Origin: Candidatus Omnitrophota bacterium
GTDB taxonomy: Bacteria > Omnitrophota > Gorgyraeia > Zapsychrales > Fredricksoniimonadaceae
Assembly: GCA_015233675.1 (NCBI GenBank)
Contig: JADFXH010000006.1
Span: 1,285 to 65,284 of the forward strand
Length of the DNA: 64,000 bases
Direction of reading: 5' to 3'
Below the pieces are notes generated by a model. The model did no database searches. It had not been told where the DNA came from and worked only from the letters and a program-made list of their open reading frames with translations. The first letter of the stretch is position 1; every line of letters starts with the position of its first letter. A program made the translations under genes and the position numbers. Shown here one piece after another: positions 1-9,592 of this stretch.

Positions 1-1
1 A

Positions 2-625
2 GGACTTTTTGAGCTTTTCGGTCGTAGGCAAGTATATTTCTGTGATAATAATTTTACGCTCGACAGAAAGCGGGTTTTTGAATTCTGTGATCTTTTAAGG
101 TCCCTGCCTTTTGAGTTGGAATGGACGTGTTCGACCAGGGTGGACCTGGTGGACAAGGAACTGCTCTGCGCCATGAAACGCGCGGGATGCCGGAAGCTCT
201 ATTATGGGGTTGACTCCCTGTGCCAACGGGTATTGACTTCCATAGGCCGTCATTTTGCCCCGGAGCTTGCAGTTAAAAATCTTAACCTTACTGTGGCATG
301 CGGCCTTCAAGCGGAAGCCAATGTGATCATCGGATTCCCGGGGGAAAATGCGGCATCAGTCATGGAAACTTATTCATACCGCAAACGACTGCACCCCAGT
401 GTGGGGATGGTCCTTCGGCCATTGAGCATCATGCCCGGCGGGCTATTGTATCATCATGCATTGAAAAATGGATTTCAGGAAGACTACTGGTTAAAGGATC
501 ATGGGCCGGAATTCCCGGTATATACGGGAGCAATGCCTGAAAAACGAATAATGGAGTATTGCTGTTTTTTAAGGAACCCAAAGAATTATGTAGCAGGCAG
601 GGAAAAAAGTTTGCAAAAGATATGA
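2..625 (+). CDS. Radical SAM enzyme, cobalamin-binding (class B) type, C-terminal part; 5' end lies outside the window
   Basis: The frame of ORF 116..625 stays open back to nt 2 (GLFELFGRRQVYFCDNNFTLDRKRVFEFCDLL...). It aligns well with the C-terminal half of the 457-aa rSAM at 16715..18088 (F.[IL]DRKRV..FC..L....EW.C.TRVD.VDKELL...AGC......GFPGE). Confidence 0.7.
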   Translation, partial: GLFELFGRRQVYFCDNNFTLDRKRVFEFCDLLRSLPFELEWTCSTRVDLVDKELLCAMKRAGCRKLYYGVDSLCQRVLTSIGRHFAPELAVKNLNLTVACGLQAEANVIIGFPGENAASVMETYSYRKRLHPSVGMVLRPLSIMPGGLLYHHALKNGFQEDYWLKDHGPEFPVYTGAMPEKRIMEYCCFLRNPKNYVAGREKSLQKI

Positions 626-2040
626 CAAAAGACAACTATGACAAGCGCAATTTTTTGTTTTTTATAAACGAAACCCATCCCGTAAGCATCGAGGATTCTT
701 TGACCGGAGCTTTAGCCAGTCCGTCATCGTGGGATGCGGTGGCGGCAATAGTGAATACGGCACGGCAACAAGACGCTTTTGTGCGTTCGATCAAAAAGGT
801 CCAGTTGTATGTCCATGTGCCTTTTTGCGGGCGTTTATGTTCGTTTTGCCATTGTCTGCGTGTTTTATTGCGGCAACGGTCGGATATTGACGCGTATATC
901 AAAACCCTGCTGCGCCAGATGATGCTTCTTGCGCCGGCTTATAAAGGCATGGATGCGGCTTCGATCTGTTTTGGCGGAGGGACCCCATCGATCCTTGACG
1001 AACCACAGATGACCGCCATTCTTGACGGGGTTGACAAGGCCTTCCCTGCCCGCAATCGCAAGGTCCTTTTTGAAGTTAATCCTTCTTCTTGGACAGCTTC
1101 AAAACTGGCATTGCTGTCTAATCGAGGGCTTTTCCGGTTGAGTATCGGTGTACAATCACTGGATGAAAATATTTTAAAAAAGGTTTCCCGTTTTCAAACC
1201 AGGCAAAAGTCATTGTGGTGCCTGCGTTCAGCCAGAAAAGCAGGCATCCCTCATGTGAATGTCGATCTTATTGCGGGGCTTCCCGGACAGACTGTTAAGG
1301 GGCTTATAAAAGATCTAAAGGTTGTTATCGACGAAGGGGCGAACATTGTTCATGTGCAGCCATACAGCAGTTTATCGCAATTGTTTAGTCCTGGAGAAAC
1401 ACCCTTTGATTTTCTTAACAGGCGCGATGCCATGATGAAAGCGGCGGCGGAGATCCTGGTAGAGTCCGGGTTTCACCGAAAAGGATTTGGGGCATATACG
1501 CGCGATGATGGAGGTGAAGACTTTCAGGAAGAAGCCTATTCGCGCCTTGAGGCAGCGGTTGCGGCTTTTGGCCCTTTTGCCAAAGGGCAAGTCCCGGGAG
1601 CGGTTTTTTATCGCGTAGGTACGGCAAGCCCTATGGCAGATTTACCATCGGTTGATGTTTCTGTCCAGGACTTTGGTTATGCGATGGCTCAATACGCGAT
1701 GTTTGCGCTCATCAATGGGCTTGATGAAAATGTTTTCTTCCGGCGTTTCGGAGTGCCTCTCGAGCAGCATTGCGGGGAAGGGTTGAAGTATCTTCAAGAG
1801 TTTGGTCTGGTGGCTTTTTCCAAAGGGATATGGAAATTCTCCGGAAAATGGGAAGTCCGCCGGATCTTCGAATATGCCGCACTTTCAAGGGCCTTATTCG
1901 GGGAAGACTTCCTTTTACGCCTGCGGGAGCGCTTTATCAAACAGTATGATCCTCGACAGGATTATAGCAAAGGCAGGGCATTTTTTAGGGCCTATGCTGA
2001 TAATTGGTTGATGACTTTGTATTATCAAATGGGGGTTTAA
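622..2040 (+). CDS. HemN/HemW-like radical SAM enzyme
   Basis: YVHVPFCGRLCSFCHC (CxxxCxxC) followed by ICFGGGTPS, the HemN-family pattern. ATG 622 overlaps the upstream stop as ATGA; ORF-track start 559 is the in-frame alternative. Confidence 0.8.
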   Translation: MTKDNYDKRNFLFFINETHPVSIEDSLTGALASPSSWDAVAAIVNTARQQDAFVRSIKKVQLYVHVPFCGRLCSFCHCLRVLLRQRSDIDAYIKTLLRQMMLLAPAYKGMDAASICFGGGTPSILDEPQMTAILDGVDKAFPARNRKVLFEVNPSSWTASKLALLSNRGLFRLSIGVQSLDENILKKVSRFQTRQKSLWCLRSARKAGIPHVNVDLIAGLPGQTVKGLIKDLKVVIDEGANIVHVQPYSSLSQLFSPGETPFDFLNRRDAMMKAAAEILVESGFHRKGFGAYTRDDGGEDFQEEAYSRLEAAVAAFGPFAKGQVPGAVFYRVGTASPMADLPSVDVSVQDFGYAMAQYAMFALINGLDENVFFRRFGVPLEQHCGEGLKYLQEFGLVAFSKGIWKFSGKWEVRRIFEYAALSRALFGEDFLLRLRERFIKQYDPRQDYSKGRAFFRAYADNWLMTLYYQMGV

Positions 2041-2047
2041 AAAGACC

Positions 2048-3235
2048 TTGATTGATGTGATCATTGCGAATAATACCCGGCCGTCGTGCGGCGGCCAGCA
2101 GCTGGTCCGGTATAGCGCAGCCGGGGTGATTTTAGCGCTTGCCAAAAAGGGACTAGATGTTCGCTGCGTTGATCTGATACCGGATAGAGGAGGCCGTCCA
2201 TCTGACATGCCGGTAAAGAATTCAGCGGATGTCTGCTGTTACGCAGTCTTTTTCGGGAATAAGGTAAACGCTTTTCGTCACATGATTGGTGCCCGCCGCA
2301 GGAAAAAAGCGCCGCGTCTTATTATTGCTTTCGGGCCTTTTGCGTCGGCATTCCCCAAAGAAATCCTTTCCAGGGGATTGGCGGATATAGTGGTGTCCCA
2401 TGATCCGGAATTTGTGATACCGGCCTTATTGCAGGAAGGCGGTGGCGTTATTTCTTGGGGAACTATTCCGAATTTGTCCTATATGCAGGGAAAAAAAATT
2501 ATTCATACCAGGAAACATAATTTTCATGATTTGGATGAGATCCCTTTTATCGGTCCGCACCTATACAGCCGGGGACATCGTCCAGCGTTCATCATGGCCG
2601 CGCGGGGCTGCCGGCATCATTGTATATTTTGTGACCGCAATGCTCTTTGGGGAGGAGGGGTACGTAACCGTAGCGTCGCTAATGTGTTAAGTGAAATCAG
2701 GGAACTTGTCGAGGGGCATCATGTGAAGGCTTTCGAATTCCTTGATGAGGATCTGGCGGCTGACCATCAACGTCTTGTAGCTATATGCGAAGGGATGCGC
2801 CGCATTAAAGGGGAGTTTTATTGGAGCTGTTCTGCCTGTGTTGGCTCAGTGAACCAAGAGACGCTTTTATTGATGGGGCGTTGTGGTTGCAGGGAGATTT
2901 ATTTTGGCGTGGAATCAGCTTCCCCCCAAGTCTTGCGCCGGATGGGGAAAACTTATGCCTGTAAGGAGATTATCAATGCAGTACGCTGGGCCCAAGAGGC
3001 AGGATTGAAGGTCGCCGTCATGATTATGATCGGCACTCCCGGCGAAGGAAATCTTGATAGGGAGCTGACGTTATCAGCTTTGCATGAAATAGGAACGGAA
3101 GTTAATGTCAGGGTCAATCGCCTGGTGATATTACCAGGGACGGCTTTGTATCGTAAGGGATTGCGTGAAGGGTGGTTTTCCCAAGAGTCTTTTTTTGAGG
3201 ATGAAGGGCTTATTTTTTATGATGGAAAAAGATGA
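2048..3235 (+). CDS. Radical SAM enzyme with N-terminal cobalamin-binding-like domain
   Basis: AARGCRHHCIFCD (CxxxCxxC) about 190 aa in, preceded by an alpha/beta N-terminal region as in class B rSAMs. IGTPGE motif downstream. The TTG start at 2048 is uncertain. Confidence 0.75.
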   Translation: MIDVIIANNTRPSCGGQQLVRYSAAGVILALAKKGLDVRCVDLIPDRGGRPSDMPVKNSADVCCYAVFFGNKVNAFRHMIGARRRKKAPRLIIAFGPFASAFPKEILSRGLADIVVSHDPEFVIPALLQEGGGVISWGTIPNLSYMQGKKIIHTRKHNFHDLDEIPFIGPHLYSRGHRPAFIMAARGCRHHCIFCDRNALWGGGVRNRSVANVLSEIRELVEGHHVKAFEFLDEDLAADHQRLVAICEGMRRIKGEFYWSCSACVGSVNQETLLLMGRCGCREIYFGVESASPQVLRRMGKTYACKEIINAVRWAQEAGLKVAVMIMIGTPGEGNLDRELTLSALHEIGTEVNVRVNRLVILPGTALYRKGLREGWFSQESFFEDEGLIFYDGKR

Positions 3236-4067
3236 CAGGAAGATTGGGATCAATAAAGCGTTAAAGTGTTTTGGCGGGTTTGTTCGGTATTATGACACTA
3301 CCGAACCTTTAACGCAAATTATCGCATTAGTATCTACCGGTGATTACCGAAATATTTTAGCTTGTTGTGGCGGAGGGGACCAGGCATTGACTATGCTTGG
3401 TGCCGGTGGCGGGAGAGGGTCTTTGTGGGTGGTTGATATCAATCCCGCACAACTTTTTGTGCTGGCGGCCAAAGCTTCTTTTTTAAAGAAAAATAATTTA
3501 ATGCCTTCTTTTGAACAGTTGCACCGGGCGTATCCCGGAAGGATTACGGCGTTTAAAAAGAACATTCGCTGCCTGCGGCAGATGTGTTTTTACAATACGG
3601 TTACCGGAAGGATGATTGCGCCGCCGGATAGTTTAGCTGAAAAATATTCGATCGCTACGGATAATGGGATGTTTTGTTTACCGGAATCCGGGCCATTTTG
3701 GCAAAAAGACCCGTTGTTTACCGCCCGGGTGCGCGCACGGCTTGGCCGTTTACACTTCGCGAGGATGGATATTTTTGACAGTCCGGATTATTTTAAACAA
3801 GGGTCGCTGGATTTGATTTATATGTCAGATATTTTTTGGCCGGAGGCCCTGACGTATTATCAGGCAAAGCTGGCACGTGTGGCAGGCCTGTTGCGCCCGG
3901 GAGGGCGTATCATCACTTATCTCGACGCGGGAGATGATTTTATGGGTGAGGGGGTTTCCCCTGGCCGTATGCTTGCTCAACAGGCACGAACGTTGGCTTT
4001 AAAAATGGATACAGATAATGTTAGCGGCGGATACCTTGTGTTTGAACGGATGAGGAGGGGGGAATGA
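3219..4067 (+). CDS. DUF3419/BtaA-like SAM-dependent transferase (tentative)
   Basis: ILACCGGGDQALTML...VVDINPAQLFVLAAKASFLK resembles the SAM-binding core plus the VD.NP.Q..L.LK signature I associate with the DUF3419/BtaA family. Start taken at ATG 3219; ORF-track start 3165 would overlap the upstream gene by 70 nt. Confidence 0.45.
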   Translation: MMEKDDRKIGINKALKCFGGFVRYYDTTEPLTQIIALVSTGDYRNILACCGGGDQALTMLGAGGGRGSLWVVDINPAQLFVLAAKASFLKKNNLMPSFEQLHRAYPGRITAFKKNIRCLRQMCFYNTVTGRMIAPPDSLAEKYSIATDNGMFCLPESGPFWQKDPLFTARVRARLGRLHFARMDIFDSPDYFKQGSLDLIYMSDIFWPEALTYYQAKLARVAGLLRPGGRIITYLDAGDDFMGEGVSPGRMLAQQARTLALKMDTDNVSGGYLVFERMRRGE

Positions 4068-5455
4068 TGAAGAAGCCCTGTTCGCTCGCGGTCCTTCAGA
4101 TTATTCCCAAGCATCATCATCTTTTGCCCGTCGGCCTGGTCAAAGCCCTAGCTATTCTTGACGAAGGGGGGCACCCGTACGGGTTTTATGATATCGAACG
4201 TTCCCCTGAGCCGGATTTTCGTTCGGCGCTGCTGCAATTGCTCTCTAGCATCAAGGAAGAGACGGTCCTTGTTTCGATGGCTTGCCACAATAACTACCCC
4301 AAGATAGAGTCGCTGATTTTTCTTTACCTTTATTTGCCTCTGTTAAAGGATAAAAAAGTTATTATTTGCTCAGCGTATTTTTCTTTGTATGAGACATCAT
4401 TGATCCAACGAAAGAACGTTGTTTTTAGCCCGTTGGATATTGACGAGTATGTGGCCAAGCACATGGGGGCCCCGCATTTAACGGAAGAAGTTTTTGGCCA
4501 ACGCCTTGAGGAGGCCTTGACCCGTTATGGCTATCAAAATTATCGTTTTTGGGGGTATTTGACATTCGGTTGTTATGCCAAGTGTTCGTTTTGTTATAAC
4601 CGTCTACCTTTTGAAGGGGCCCCAACGATCACGCAACGGCCGCCGGACGCGGTGCTGCAGTGGATGCTCAGGGCTAAGCGATTTGGGAAAACATATTTTG
4701 AGTTCTGCGAACCAAATTTTATATCGGACAGGCCTTTGGTCGAGGCATTCCTTAAACGCTTGAAACAGGAAAACCCCGGGGTTACATGGCGCTGTAAGAC
4801 AAGGTTAGATGACATGGATCCCGATATTTATAGTTTGATGACAGCGGCGGGCTGCCGGACTATATTCTTGGGGGTTGAACATGTTGACTTGGCCCTGTTA
4901 CGGCGGATACGCAAAGGAGAAAATTCCGCAGAAAAACTGGCAGAGTTCCTGAAGTACCGCCGGAAAGAAACAGACATTCATCTTTCCTTCATGATGGGCA
5001 TCCGAGGAGAGACCCCTTCGGCATTACGTCGTAACCTTGAAATGGTGCTTAAGATCGGGGCCGTGGAGGGTATGGAACCTAATATTGGCTGGCAGATATC
5101 GTTTAACAGACGAAACAGGGCCCCGGCAGTCCCTAATTATATTATTCCGTTTATGTTTATAATGAATTTTCTTCCAAGCCATATGGAAATAAGCCCTGCG
5201 TTAATGCGGGATATCCTGGTAATGTGCCGGCAGGAGCCTTTTTTTGATTTTTGGTGCATGACGGAATCACAGGAGAGTCTGTCCCTGATGCAACATCTGG
5301 CGGCCTTTCTTAAGTCCAGGCCACAGCAGAAAGTGATAAGGGATTATGACCGGCTATTAAGCTACGAAGGCGGAGAGCTGACAAAATTGGTATTGAAAAG
5401 CCAGACACTGGAGGATCTTAATCGCAGTGTCCTTTCCATGGCGGGGGTAAGATGA
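4064..5455 (+). CDS. Radical SAM enzyme (class B-like architecture)
   Basis: GYLTFGCYAKCSFCYN (CxxxCxxC) about 165 aa in, after an N-terminal alpha/beta region. MMGIRGE motif. The start overlaps the upstream stop as ATGA. Confidence 0.75.
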   Translation: MMKKPCSLAVLQIIPKHHHLLPVGLVKALAILDEGGHPYGFYDIERSPEPDFRSALLQLLSSIKEETVLVSMACHNNYPKIESLIFLYLYLPLLKDKKVIICSAYFSLYETSLIQRKNVVFSPLDIDEYVAKHMGAPHLTEEVFGQRLEEALTRYGYQNYRFWGYLTFGCYAKCSFCYNRLPFEGAPTITQRPPDAVLQWMLRAKRFGKTYFEFCEPNFISDRPLVEAFLKRLKQENPGVTWRCKTRLDDMDPDIYSLMTAAGCRTIFLGVEHVDLALLRRIRKGENSAEKLAEFLKYRRKETDIHLSFMMGIRGETPSALRRNLEMVLKIGAVEGMEPNIGWQISFNRRNRAPAVPNYIIPFMFIMNFLPSHMEISPALMRDILVMCRQEPFFDFWCMTESQESLSLMQHLAAFLKSRPQQKVIRDYDRLLSYEGGELTKLVLKSQTLEDLNRSVLSMAGVR

Positions 5456-6375
5456 AGAGCAAGCAACGGGTTAGCGTGCGGCCTACTGTCCTCATTATTG
5501 GGGCCGGAGCCATGGGGAAATGCCTGGCAGCTTTATTGGCAGACCAGGCATCCATCATCGTCTACGATCGCAATCCTGCGATTTCTGACGCGCTGTTGAA
5601 GGGCTGGTTTATTCTTAAAGAAAAAAGGCATACGCGAAAGGTGAAGGTCCGCTCCCTTGCTTCACTGGCCCAACTGCAGGGAGACAAGGTCGATGTTTTA
5701 ATTTTTGCGACTAAAATCATGGACCTGCAAGGAGCAGTAGTTGAAGCCTCCGGGATTGATCCCCGGTGTGTTTTTTTCCCTCAGAACGGGATTTTTGACC
5801 TTTGTTGGACGAAGCATTTCTTAAATACAGTTAAAGTCTGTCGTGGGGTGATGACCTTGGCCTGCCAAGAGACTGGCCCCGGTCAAGTGGCATTATTTTA
5901 TCGAGGCCATATTTATGTGGGCGGCGATGGCGCACCGTTGGTTTCCAGACTCTTTCGCAGATGCGGGATTGGGGTTAAAGCGTGCCGTGATCCTATAGGG
6001 GCTGTTTGGGCAAAACTTATTTTTAGCGCGGTGATGAACCCATTGCCTGTCATGACCGGGCAGGGATATGATATCTTGGGCAAGGACCAGGAAATTTGGA
6101 AATTGGTCCGGCAGGCGCTGGAGGAAGGGCGGGCAACAGCTAGGGCTTTGGGAGTTCGGCTTGCGTTTAATCCCTTAGAGCTCATCAAGAGGCTCCGAGA
6201 GGGGGACCTGGCGGGCATCGCTCACCGCGGATCAATGTTTCAGGACATTTTAGCAGGACGTCCGACGGAACTTGATTTTATTACCGGTGCCCTTGTCCGA
6301 CAGGCCAGCAAGGCCGGCGTGAAAACACCGGCGCTGGAGGCGATCGTGCAAAGGGCTAAATTGGCTGGGGCGTAA
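5452..6375 (+). CDS. Ketopantoate reductase (ApbA/PanE) family oxidoreductase
   Basis: N-terminal Rossmann motif VLIIGAGAMGKCLAALLA. C-terminal TELDFITGALVRQASKAGVKTPALEAI is typical of the PanE family. ATGA start/stop overlap. Confidence 0.75.
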   Translation: MKSKQRVSVRPTVLIIGAGAMGKCLAALLADQASIIVYDRNPAISDALLKGWFILKEKRHTRKVKVRSLASLAQLQGDKVDVLIFATKIMDLQGAVVEASGIDPRCVFFPQNGIFDLCWTKHFLNTVKVCRGVMTLACQETGPGQVALFYRGHIYVGGDGAPLVSRLFRRCGIGVKACRDPIGAVWAKLIFSAVMNPLPVMTGQGYDILGKDQEIWKLVRQALEEGRATARALGVRLAFNPLELIKRLREGDLAGIAHRGSMFQDILAGRPTELDFITGALVRQASKAGVKTPALEAIVQRAKLAGA

Positions 6376-6389
6376 GGAGCCCCTTTCTT

Positions 6390-7556
6390 ATGTTTAATGC
6401 GCAGGCATTAAAAAAGGTTTCGCAATTACTCCGATTCTTTTCCAAAAGGGACCGTCGCTATGGGAAAGGCTTACGTTCCTGGGAGGATTTTAAGCGTATC
6501 CCTGTATCGGGCAGGGAGGATGTTAAGGCGTTTATCGAGGCCGGTTTGGTGAGTGAGGCTTTTAATGTTACAGCCACCTCGGGCTCGACATCATCCAGGA
6601 TGATTATTGTCCATTCCCGCAAGGCTCATGAAGCCCATCTGCGTCGTTTGGTCAAGATTTACCGTCAGGTTGGAGTCAAAGAGGGGGTTTTATGTTTGAA
6701 TTTGTGTTCGTATGAATTAAACAGCGGCGGCCGCCTGATGGAGGCTGCTTTCAAGGCTGCTGGGGCCGGAGTCATTCCTCTGGGCCCTATTAGCTCCCCG
6801 GATAAAGTGCTTGAAGCGGCCCGTCTTATTAACCAATTGAAGCCCCTGATAGTCAACGCGTATACCAACCAATTATATGACCTTTTTGCTTTACTAGGCC
6901 GTAAACATTCTATTCGCCGCTGCTTAGTCAATGGAGAGCCCCTGTGGACGGACTATCGCAAGCGCATAGAGCAGATGGGAGGGGCCCATGTGCATGACCA
7001 TTATGGCGCGATGGAAGTTTCCGGTTTTGGGATTGCCCTTAGACCTGACGATGAGTATATGAAGGTCGTGGCAGATGGATTATTGCTGGAGGTGTTGGAA
7101 GATTCCGGGAAAGCATCTCAAACAGGGACTGGAGACTTGCTGGTGACTGATTTGGACAATACCTGTATGCCGTTTATCCGCTATCGTTTGGGTGACCGGG
7201 TGGAACTTGTGCGCCGCAGCGGTGCATGGTGGATCAAGGTGCTTGGCCGCACAGAGAATAGCCTGTTGTTAAATGGGGTGGTGGTTTTGAAACAGGAATT
7301 GATCCGCACGGTCAATGATTTCTTGGGCCATCCGCGTTTCTTTTTTGTGGTCGATAAACATCGTTTAAAGTATGATGATAAAATTATAATTAACGTGGCA
7401 GGCCCTAGCGTCCGGCAGTTGCAAGCCCTGCCCGGAACCGTGGTTAAAGCTTTGGGGATAGATCATTGTATTGATGTAAGGATGCATGAAGGGGCGATTC
7501 CAAGGACAATTAATGGAAAGATCAAATATTTTATCGACGCGCGCAAGCAAGCATAG
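6390..7556 (+). CDS. PaaK / coenzyme F390 synthetase-like adenylate-forming enzyme
   Basis: TATSGSTS (degenerate TSGSTG loop), YGAMEVSG, IRYRLGDR, LGRTENSLLLNGVVV and a C-terminal NGKIKY lysine match the phenylacetate-CoA-ligase-type ANL pattern. Confidence 0.7.
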   Translation: MFNAQALKKVSQLLRFFSKRDRRYGKGLRSWEDFKRIPVSGREDVKAFIEAGLVSEAFNVTATSGSTSSRMIIVHSRKAHEAHLRRLVKIYRQVGVKEGVLCLNLCSYELNSGGRLMEAAFKAAGAGVIPLGPISSPDKVLEAARLINQLKPLIVNAYTNQLYDLFALLGRKHSIRRCLVNGEPLWTDYRKRIEQMGGAHVHDHYGAMEVSGFGIALRPDDEYMKVVADGLLLEVLEDSGKASQTGTGDLLVTDLDNTCMPFIRYRLGDRVELVRRSGAWWIKVLGRTENSLLLNGVVVLKQELIRTVNDFLGHPRFFFVVDKHRLKYDDKIIINVAGPSVRQLQALPGTVVKALGIDHCIDVRMHEGAIPRTINGKIKYFIDARKQA

Positions 7557-8571
7557 AAAATTCAAGGTCCATTATGCATGGATCTATGTGACGGAGCGCT
7601 GCAATTTGCATTGTGATTATTGTTTTTTCAGGCATAAGCATGAAAGAGACATATCATTGCAAGCCGTTGAACAGCTTTTTTTATTCTTCGAGAAACAAGA
7701 GGTCGTCCCCTTGACACTGATCTTCAGCGGAGGGGAGCCGTTCTTAGCCAAAGAGAACCTTTTTAAGATTTTAAAAGAAGCTCGCCGGCGTTTTAAAGAC
7801 ACCTCTTTGCATATTCAAACCAACGGATTGTTGATTGATCATGCGTCGATTGGACAATTGTGCAGATTGGGAGTCAGCCTTGAGTTTGGCATTGATGGCG
7901 GCTGTGAGCCAACGATACGCCATAGGCGCGGATTAAAACCTTCCTCATTTAAGCATTTGACCGACACCATTGGTACCTGCCTGAAAGCGGGGATTTCCTG
8001 TGGTTGTACCATGACGGTCCATCCTCATGAGGCGAAAAAGATGGCGGAGGGATTAAATTTTATCCGAACGCTTGGGCTTCCTCATGTGGATGTTACTCCG
8101 GCGGCGTTTATGCCCTGGACTCCTGCAAGGATAGCCCTTTTTAAAAAGAATTACCTGTCGCTGGCACGGCAGGCATCGCTGCGAAAGCTTTTTTATGTCC
8201 GTGATGACCTGGAATGGATGAAACCCGGAGAGATGGACTTAAGCCTTCATCCTCCGGGATATCTTTTAGGAGGGGACGCTTTCCTTTGTCTGCCGGAAAA
8301 CAAGAGGATGACGTTTAGCCTTTGGGATCCCACGAGGGGGCAGTTTAAACCCGAAGCGCTGTCTTTTTACCAGGACGCGTATGCCCGAATGCATCAGCAA
8401 AATAACCGTGTGCCTTATCGGGAACATGTATGCCGCAGCTTTGAGTTGGTCAATACCATGATGGGTAAAAAATACCTGAACACCGGGCCCATTAACGATA
8501 TCATGCGGTTTTTGTCACGCGCACATATGGCTTTGAGGGCCCAAACATACTGTCATGATCAAGCCTATTAA
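7486..8571 (+). CDS. Radical SAM enzyme (AslB/anSME-like core)
   Basis: YVTERCNLHCDYCFF (CxxxCxxC), SGGEPFL, IQTNG. No clear auxiliary-cluster Cys motif at the C-terminus. Start is uncertain (7486 or ATG 7513); both overlap the upstream gene. Confidence 0.75.
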   Translation: MKGRFQGQLMERSNILSTRASKHRKFKVHYAWIYVTERCNLHCDYCFFRHKHERDISLQAVEQLFLFFEKQEVVPLTLIFSGGEPFLAKENLFKILKEARRRFKDTSLHIQTNGLLIDHASIGQLCRLGVSLEFGIDGGCEPTIRHRRGLKPSSFKHLTDTIGTCLKAGISCGCTMTVHPHEAKKMAEGLNFIRTLGLPHVDVTPAAFMPWTPARIALFKKNYLSLARQASLRKLFYVRDDLEWMKPGEMDLSLHPPGYLLGGDAFLCLPENKRMTFSLWDPTRGQFKPEALSFYQDAYARMHQQNNRVPYREHVCRSFELVNTMMGKKYLNTGPINDIMRFLSRAHMALRAQTYCHDQAY

Positions 8572-9592
8572 TCATGTTTGGTTGTTTTTTACGGACCGCT
8601 GTAATTTGGGGTGCGGGTATTGTTTTTATAAATACAGGTCACAGCAGCAGGTCATCACGCTCTCGACTTTCGAGAACATTTTAGAATTTATCCGTCCTGT
8701 TGCGCCAGTGGAATTTGTTTTTTCAGGCGGAGAGCCTTTGGTGGACGCCCCAAGGCTCAAGGAGATGATTACAGTCATACGGCAGAAGGGAGTAGCCCGG
8801 TATATCTCTGTCCAAACAAATGCTACCTTGCTGGATGAGGCTTTGATGGGATTTTTTCTCTGCCATCAGGTTAATCTTGAAGTTGGTATTGACGGAGATG
8901 AGGCAACCACACGCCGCAACAGGCCCGGGATCGGTAATTTCTATTATACGGACATCATCCGGGGGGTGAAGTTGGCGATGGGGGCCCCAGGTTCGTTTAC
9001 CGCGACTATGACAGTGCATCCTTCAAGTGCTGTAAAACTTTTGGATAACTTAAAATATTTGGCGGCGATGGGTTTAAAATCGGTGGAAGTGCATCCGGCT
9101 TTCCTTGAATCTTGGGACAGGGAGTCTTCAGATGTTTTTCTGGAGCAATACCGCCGGGCTTGCGCCTGGGAATTAAAAGAGGGGCTAAGCGGTTTGATTG
9201 GCCGAGGGTATAGTGAATTTTCCAAAGGGGCATGGGACCTTTTAGCCGTTCCCAGCGGGAAGATCCTGGCGAGTTGGGTGTTCCTGTCATTTCCTGAAAA
9301 GGTGCGGGAGCATTTTTACTTGATGGATTTGAGCCTTGGATTTTCGGGAAAATTTCTGCCGCAGGCAGAAGCATATTTTCAGGCCTTGCAAGAACATGTG
9401 GGCGCCCATCCTAACTGCAGCTATCGGAGCATCAGTAATTTCAATGCTTTGCTTGCGGTTAAAACTAAATCCGGACGCCGTTATGAGCAGAGAGTGAAGC
9501 ATTATGTTGACTTATGTGAGCAGATCGAGGAGATCGATCATAAGATTATGGGGACATCCGTATGGCAGCGATCAGGTATGAAAGTATTTTAG
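8555..9592 (+). CDS. Radical SAM enzyme, tandem paralogue of 7486..8571
   Basis: LFFTDRCNLGCGYCFY, SGGEPLV, VQTNA. Collinear similarity to the upstream gene, e.g. TMTVHPHEAKKMAEGLNFIRTLGL versus TMTVHPSSAVKLLDNLKYLAAMGL. Confidence 0.75.
   Translation: MIKPINHVWLFFTDRCNLGCGYCFYKYRSQQQVITLSTFENILEFIRPVAPVEFVFSGGEPLVDAPRLKEMITVIRQKGVARYISVQTNATLLDEALMGFFLCHQVNLEVGIDGDEATTRRNRPGIGNFYYTDIIRGVKLAMGAPGSFTATMTVHPSSAVKLLDNLKYLAAMGLKSVEVHPAFLESWDRESSDVFLEQYRRACAWELKEGLSGLIGRGYSEFSKGAWDLLAVPSGKILASWVFLSFPEKVREHFYLMDLSLGFSGKFLPQAEAYFQALQEHVGAHPNCSYRSISNFNALLAVKTKSGRRYEQRVKHYVDLCEQIEEIDHKIMGTSVWQRSGMKVF

Noticed and set aside
559-621. Long 5' extensions in the ORF track that overlap upstream genes by 30-100 nt (559, 3165, 10638, 23806, 41163, 58443 and others)
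   Set aside because: In each case an internal ATG gives an ATGA overlap or a short gap, a better RBS, or removes non-conserved N-terminal residues. The shorter starts were preferred, though none is experimentally certain.
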